Of a stretch of DNA of 64,000 bases, positions 57,560 to 64,000 are shown in pieces; positions within the stretch are counted from its first letter, which is position 1; every line of letters starts with the position of its first letter. The notes under the pieces were generated by a model, which was given only the letters and a program-made list of their open reading frames with translations, was not told the DNA's origin and made no database searches. Made by a program: the position numbers and the translations under genes. Origin of the DNA: the human T2T-CHM13v2.0 reference genome, Homo sapiens. The stretch lies in assembly GCF_009914755.1 (NCBI RefSeq), contig NC_060930.1; one strand, given 5' to 3'.

Positions 57560-59270
57560 TGAGATACCTTGTACATTTTTGTTTGGTAAAGATTTTCATC
57601 CAGTGTAACAGATAACCCCAAAGTCAATGGTTTAATATCCTCCCATTTATTTATCTCTCTCACACACACACACATGCTAGAAAGAACTTTTCCTTTGATC
57701 CTTTGATGAGTACACAGAAGTACAGAGAGTTGTATAATGAGTAACCATCCCCCAGATTCAATTATAAATAATGTGTAACTAGCTGGTTGTCCCACTTCCA
57801 CTGATCCTAAGATTGATCACATGGCATCAGCCAGATTCCCTTCACTTATATCAACCCATTCACTTTCATCTAATTGTTTCATCTATTTATATCTGTTGGC
57901 AGAATAAAGTAGGACTTGCAAAATGGTGAATATCTAATTTCGCAATGCATCTCCAATTATTGTCTGAAACTTCTCTGTAAAGAAAAATTTTCCTCAACTA
58001 CTAGGGCTATTTGGTTACCTTGAAATAGAATTCTTACAGGAAAAGCTAGATAAACCCTTATTTTATTTTTTTAATTATCAATTTCCTGAGTTTGATTTTA
58101 GGGCTCTAGTTATTTCCAGGAGTTTCTAATGTATTTGGGTTTTTAAGCAAAATTATGACTTGTTAAGTCTTCAATAACTTTTTTGTCTTAGATTACACTT
58201 GTTTTCATCTTGGATTATCCCATCTTGGGACACTGAATCTTCATTAGCCCCTGTGTCCTTCAAGTATGTCCCTTCTGATTTCATAATCTCCACTAGCTTT
58301 CAAATAAGATAGCCACACAAGATACACAAGGTTCATCTTGCATATGATTTGTCCCAGGCCTAAAATCTTCTATTCTTCAATGATTCCTTGTCTTTTTTAG
58401 TTAAAAACAGTATTAAGAGACCACAATCTGAGTGGCCACAAACGTACTCCTAGTTAATAGGTTTAGATGAATGATCCAGACACTCTACCTGAAAAGAGGG
58501 GAGAGTGGGAGGATCAGGAGACAGGAAAACACTAGTACATGAAGTGTTAAAACTGGCTGCTCATCAGAATCACCTGTGAAACCTTCAACATAGAGATTCT
58601 CAGGCCTCAACCATTATGGAATATGATGATCAAAGGGGAGCCCAGGTTATGTAAAAGGCCCTAAGGAAATGAAGTCACTCCGGGGCCCACTAGGCGGGAG
58701 TGCTGAGTTACAGTCTCCAAGCAGCCACATTTCCAGACCTTGGGATCCAGTATATTAGATATGCTTAGCAGTTGAAGAATTTCTTTCTTATCTTAAATAG
58801 TAATACATATTCATTCTAGAAAGTTCATATAAACCAAATATTCGAAATAAAAATAAGTCACAATCCCATCACAAGAAGAAACTGCTATTAAATCTTGCAT
58901 CTGCATTTTAATATTCTTCTTTATGTATGCACATGCATAAACGGGGATATATATGGTTAGTTATTTTTTATAGAGTAAGATCACAAACTACTCAGTAATT
59001 TGGAATTGAATTTTGTCATGTGGTGTGTTTCCATGCCATTAAATAATATTCTCAACATCATCTTCAATGGATCCATAGTGTTTCATTTTAGAGAACTGCC
59101 AAACATTCAGAACCTATGGTTGTACCTCTTGATAGTTTTCCATTTTTTACTAATATAAACAGTGTTGAACATCCTTCTAGATAATCTACTGTGTATATCT
59201 GTAATATAATTTTATCATAAACTCTGAGAGTATAAATGACTAAGTCAAAAGGTCGAAATTGCATTTTCTC
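57560..59270 (-). mobile_element. Patchwork of old L1M fragments with a MER5-like piece near 58540-58710
   Basis: L1M-type antisense text ('ttgatcacatggcatcagccagatt', 'catagtgtttcatt...tgaacatcctt') and MER5-like 'ctggctgctcatcagaatcacctg'. Heavily decayed. Confidence 0.45.
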
Positions 59271-59690
59271 TTGTGAGAATTCTAAAATAATTCCCTATCA
59301 GTTTAAAGTAAGAAAAGTCTAGGGCACATGAAAAGAACTAGAAATGAAGAAGCAAGTGTGCATAAAGAGGGAAGGAAACATGCTGACTCTTATCTTTTAG
59401 AGCTGTCACACATTGAATTTTAATGTTTGGGGAAATAACCAATGTAGCTGTTAGGAAGCTGTGATTCAAACATGGTAGCACTAAACGATACATCACTGTA
59501 TTGGGGGCAGGTGCAACATAAACCTCCCATGGATATTTGTCAGGTGAAGAATTCAGGAATAAGGTTTGCCTATCTGTATATAGAATTTTGAAGTCAGGGT
59601 ACCTTCTAGTGTTGACTGCAATGGTTAAGTCATCTGTCTGTCTCTGACAAAAGAGCTAGACCCTGCTTCAGGAATGCAAACTTCTCCCAC

Positions 59691-60054
59691 TGCTATGGTC
59701 TGACTGTTTCTGTCCCCAAATAATTCAGATGTTGAAACCTAATCACCAATGTGATGGCATTCAGACGTAAGAAATTTGGAGGTGATTAGGTCATGAGTAT
59801 GGAGCCACCGTGAATGGGATACGTGCTCTTACAGAAGATGCCCTGGAGAGCTGCTGTGCTCCCTCCACCATGAGAGGGCACGGCTGGAAGGCACCATCTA
59901 TGAACCAGCAAGCAGCCTTCGGCTGACATCAGCTTTAAAGGTGCCTTGTTCTTTCACTTCCCAGCATCTAGAACTGGAAGAAATAAATATCTGTTGCTTA
60001 TAAGCCACTGACTCATTTTGTATTTTGTCATAGCAGCCCAAAGGGGCTAAGACA
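59691..60054 (+). mobile_element. MaLR solo LTR (MLT1A0-like), full length
   Basis: tgctatggtctga...tagcagcccaaaggggctaagaca with a 5-bp TSD cccac on both sides. Confidence 0.9.
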
Positions 60055-60139
60055 CCCACAATTGGGAATCTTGGATGAGAATGAACTATATTTCCCATTT
60101 TCAAAAAGCTTATCAATGAGTGAATAAACAAATGTTGTT

Positions 60140-60270
60140 TTCATTCATTTAACACATATTATTAAGTTAGTAAGCATCAACAATGTGCCCAGCACTGTGT
60201 TAGGTACTGCAACAGCCCAGAATGAGAGGAAATGCCCCTGCTTCCTGGAGCCTGCCTTCCAGCGGGCAGC
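60140..60270 (-). mobile_element. L2 3' terminus
   Basis: 'tcattcatttaacacatatt...atgtgcccagcactgtgttaggtactg...cccctgcttcctggagc'. Confidence 0.65.
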
Positions 60271-60517
60271 CTACCACCTGCGTGTGCTATTCTGGTGGTC
60301 AGGACGCTGTTGTCTACAGTAACCTGGTAAATTAACTATGTTAAAAGAGTACTTTTTCTTTCTTCACAGAAACAAGAAAAATTATTTGCCGTGGAGTCCA
60401 AGAGAGGAGCATATCTATCGAAATGGTAATTGAAAGAGAAACTGGAAACATCACCTGTATGAAAAATAGTGGATGGCTCTGTTAACGAAACAGGCATGCT
60501 GGTGACAACAGGCAACA

Positions 60518-60562
60518 AATCTAATCTAATCTAATCTAATCTAATCTAATCTAATCTAATCT
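60518..60562 (+). repeat. (AATCT)9 pentanucleotide microsatellite
   Basis: Perfect run. Confidence 0.97.
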
Positions 60563-61420
60563 GTTTCTCCATAATAAGCAGCAATCATACAACCCACTAA
60601 ATGACTGCTGTTGCTTGTCACTGAAGATGTCCATATTTTACTGGGACATAACATTTCTTCTTGGCATGAAGAGAATGGATTAAGCAAATGAATAAAAGCT
60701 ATGGTTCTACTTTACCAGCACAAATGGACAAATCCAAAATAAATAACTGTTACAGCAACTATGCTAACCGTATTAATTAAAATATGCAAGGTATACTCAT
60801 TCTCATTTTCATAAAAGGAAATCCTAAACGCTCAATTTGAAGTATGTTTCCTCACTATTTGTAGGAACTTCTAGTCCTAGAATTCTTGGTCCACCTTTCC
60901 CCAAGATTGTATTCATTTGTTAAATATGAGACACCACCAAAATTGTAATGATGCCACAATGGGAGAGTTAATGAAGTAAAAAAATATTAAATGAGTCAAC
61001 TATTATTAAAAAAGAGGCAACTTCATATCCATCAATTAGAAATCAAAGAGTCTGGCTGGCTATTTATCATCAAAAATCTTTTATTGGTATAAAAAAGTCC
61101 ACACAATAAGCAGCTTTTTAAAATAACCACTCAGGCCAGAGTATCACTCACCAAGCTGTGACTTTATGTTCTTTGTAACAATAAAGAAATTACATGGCAA
61201 ACAACAATCTGTGAAAACTTTCAAATCATACTTTCCTAAGCTATCGCTCTAGATTAAAATGTTTGCCTTAGTTTTCAGGGGGTTAGAGAAGAGTGTCTTA
61301 TCTCCAAACAGAACAACTTCATGAAGATGCATACACACTTTCTTCTTGCAGCTAAGGAAGGACCGTCTTTGACTAGGTAAAGATCCATGTATTTGAATCA
61401 TGAAAATATCCAAAAAGACA

Positions 61421-61715
61421 GGCTGGGCATGGCGGCTCACATCTGTAATCCCAAATACTGGGAGGCTGAGGTGGGCAGATCATGAGGTCAGGAGTTTGCC
61501 ACCAGTCTGGCTAACATGGTAAAACCCTGTCTCTATTAAAAATACAAAAATTAGCTGGGCATGGTGGTGGGTGCCTGTAATCCCAGCTTCTCTGGAGGCT
61601 GAGGGAGGAGAATTGCTTTAATCTGAGAAGTGGGGGTTGCATTGAGCTGAGATGGCACCTTTGACTCCAGCCTGGGTGATAGGGTGGGACTCCATCTCAA
61701 AAAAAAAAAAAAAGG
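61421..61715 (+). mobile_element. AluS (Sg-like)
   Basis: Full dimer with A15 tail. 17-bp TSD aaatatccaaaaagaca. Confidence 0.94.
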
Positions 61716-62320
61716 AAATATCCAAAAAGACACATTAGCAGGACTCAGTTCCCAGTGTGTTGTTTGAGGCACTGACCCTGATCTGAAAACAGTGCTCAGT
61801 TGATTCAATCTGAATCTGTGTCCACCGTCTTCCTGCTCACTTAGAATAAGAGCTGTGTTTGCATTGCACAATGAACACCCACTTGCTGAAAGCTAACTTG
61901 TTCCTAACTGCCCCCATCCTTCATCCACTGCCAGAGCCAGCTTTGTTAAGCCCCCTGTGACCTATATCTGTGACCTATCCCTAGCTAATCTTCTCTTTCA
62001 AAATATGAAGTGGGGTACACACTCATCGCCAAAGGGTCCTTTGAGCAAGTCCCAGTAGAAAATTTATCCACTTTTTGGATGAAGTACTCAAAAAAGAGTA
62101 CTACATTTCCCAACATAAAATGGAAAACAAATACATATGCCATACATCATTCAGGGCTGGAAAACAACGAAAATGTAACACTCCAGAAAAACAGCCATGG
62201 GAAGTATTATTCCTCATGCCATCCATCATTATCATAGAGCACCCACTATTCTAATTTAGCTCCAAATGTGTGGTGGAGGTGATCAAACTTTAAAATTAAG
62301 TAAACAAAGAGATTCATACA

Positions 62321-62380
62321 AAAATAAAATAAAATAAAATAAAATAAAATAAAATAAAATAAAATAAAATAAAATAAAAT
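62321..62380 (+). repeat. (AAAAT)12 pentanucleotide microsatellite
   Basis: Perfect run, not attached to a recognisable Alu or L1 tail. Confidence 0.97.
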
Positions 62381-62579
62381 AAAAACCCTGACCCCAAAAC
62401 TAGAGTAACCTGACGTCTCCCAAGTATGGGTTGGGGACCTAGCACCTGTTCTGGGGGCAATTCAGGCAGGTAGCCCTGGATCTGTAAACCTAGGTAGTAT
62501 TTTAGAGCCTGAGCACAATATTGGGCCTTTGTACATGTGAACTAGAAAGCAAAGGGATAACTGAAATGGATAACAGATA

Positions 62580-62915
62580 GTCAGCACTTGGTATATTCCA
62601 GGCCTTTCTCTAGGCCCTTGTCACGAAGTATCTGACATCAACTTCATGAGTTAGGTACTTTTTCCTTATCTCTGTATGAGAAATGGGGAAACTGTGGCCT
62701 GGTATGTTTAAAAACAAAACAAAACAGTGCACTATTCACTTGAGGATCTTATTAAAATGAAGGTTACTGATTCAGTAGGTCTGATAGGGGGCCAATGATT
62801 CTGCATTTCTGATAAACTCCCAATTGCTGCTGCTGGCCCACAGATCACACTTTGGACTGCAAGAAAGTAAATTGTCCGAGTCCTAGAGGTAGCAAGAAGT
62901 AGAGCCAAGACGGGC
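62580..62915. mobile_element. MIR (minus strand) interrupted by a MER5A-like element (~62700-62862)
   Basis: MIR 'aaatggggaaactgtggcct...aaagtaaattgtcc' is split by 'ctgattcagtaggtctg...ttctgcatttctgataaactccca...ctgctggcccacagatcacacttt'. Confidence 0.7.
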
Positions 62916-64000
62916 TAAGTTGCTTGGCTCCGGGGCCCACACTTACTGCCAGTCGGCTTAGCATTTGCATGGCAGACACATCACAGCCCAGGTACCATGA
63001 ATGCGCTCAAGGATTCAAAATCAATGTCTGTCACCCTTTTTGACTGCATTTTCTAGCAACAAAAATTCTGTATTCAGTGCGTAGTATATACCAGGAACTG
63101 TGGTAAACACTGGTTCAAACGATTTTCATTTAATCCACTGAAGTAAATTATCGGCCATTTGATTCCCTTCTTACAGGAAGCAAATCACAACCCCACTGAT
63201 GCACTGGGACTCTAGTGAGTTTAATTATCATGCACAGAAAAGATTGAGCATTAATTTGCAAAGAATTAGAATCTAATAACACACCTCTAACACCAAAGGT
63301 AGTCAACCTTTGGGGATTGAGGAAGAATTGTAAGATCTTACAGAGCATCAGAGGTATCATTTGGAAAATTAATTATAGTCAAATAGATGAAGAAGGTGTA
63401 GGAGTTTGGGCCTGATTCTGTGAAATTATCAAAAAGTACTCTAAAAAAGAATGTAGTGATATTTTCCTTGTCATAAGGGTTTCATTTTCTATTATATAAT
63501 AGATATTTTATTAATTCTGTTTTTCTTACATAAGTAGACCATAAATTCTTGATTTATGTATGAAATGTTTGGAAGCTACAGGTCATACAAAATAACACCT
63601 TCTATAAAATTTCACAAAATTTCCATTAGTCCTTATTTACTCAGAACAAATTTAGAAAGATTGAAAAGAGTGTATTACAGACAGTTAAATTCTACCACTT
63701 AATTTGAAATTTTTTCTTTATCTTCCCTTTAAGAAAGTGGAATCCAGCAGCCTGCCTGCATTTTTGGCAGACTCTGCAATAATTACGATGCTCAGATGAT
63801 TCCCAAGATGGACCTCCCCAGCTGTAAATACCCTGCCTCCACGCTCATTCCTGTCAAGTGCAGATCTCCCCATCTTGGCATATGGGCAGTGTCCTCTGAA
63901 ACACTTCAGGGTTTGAAGAGTAAAAGATGTAAATGATTTGCTTCACTGGCCATGTAGGCCTCCAGGAGAGGGACACCCAGACACTACCATTTGTAGAGGC

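Noticed and set aside
61955-61980. Two TGACCT half-sites (ctgtgacctat x2)
   Set aside because: The 7-bp spacing is not a standard nuclear-receptor direct repeat. A small tandem duplication explains it.

Overview
AT-rich human genomic DNA from inside PRKN (PARK2, parkin), read on the minus strand. The only coding sequence I can support is the 122-bp PRKN exon 4 (8369-8490, RING0 domain, residues ~138-178). Bases 1-8368 are intron 4 and 8491-64000 are intron 3. From established knowledge this is 6q26, the FRA6E fragile site and the PRKN exon-deletion hotspot. The rest is a fossil repeat landscape: 13 Alus including a near-consensus AluYb8 (which indicates human), L1PA/L1M, L2, MIR, MaLR and ERV1 LTRs, Tigger and hAT DNA transposons, and microsatellites. 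I found no new gene or RNA. The supplied ORFs are L1-, Alu- or low-complexity-derived, or background. The most unusual signal is a series of apparent templated-insertion or template-switch scars: a 104-bp inverted copy inserted into an LTR, a 100-bp dispersed direct copy, a multi-switch scar in an L1 fragment, and smaller ones. There are also perfect palindromes, long polypurine tracts, a CAGCAG tandem acceptor at exon 4 and a candidate recursive splice site. Repeat subfamily names come from recalled consensus sequences, and boundaries of old repeats are approximate.
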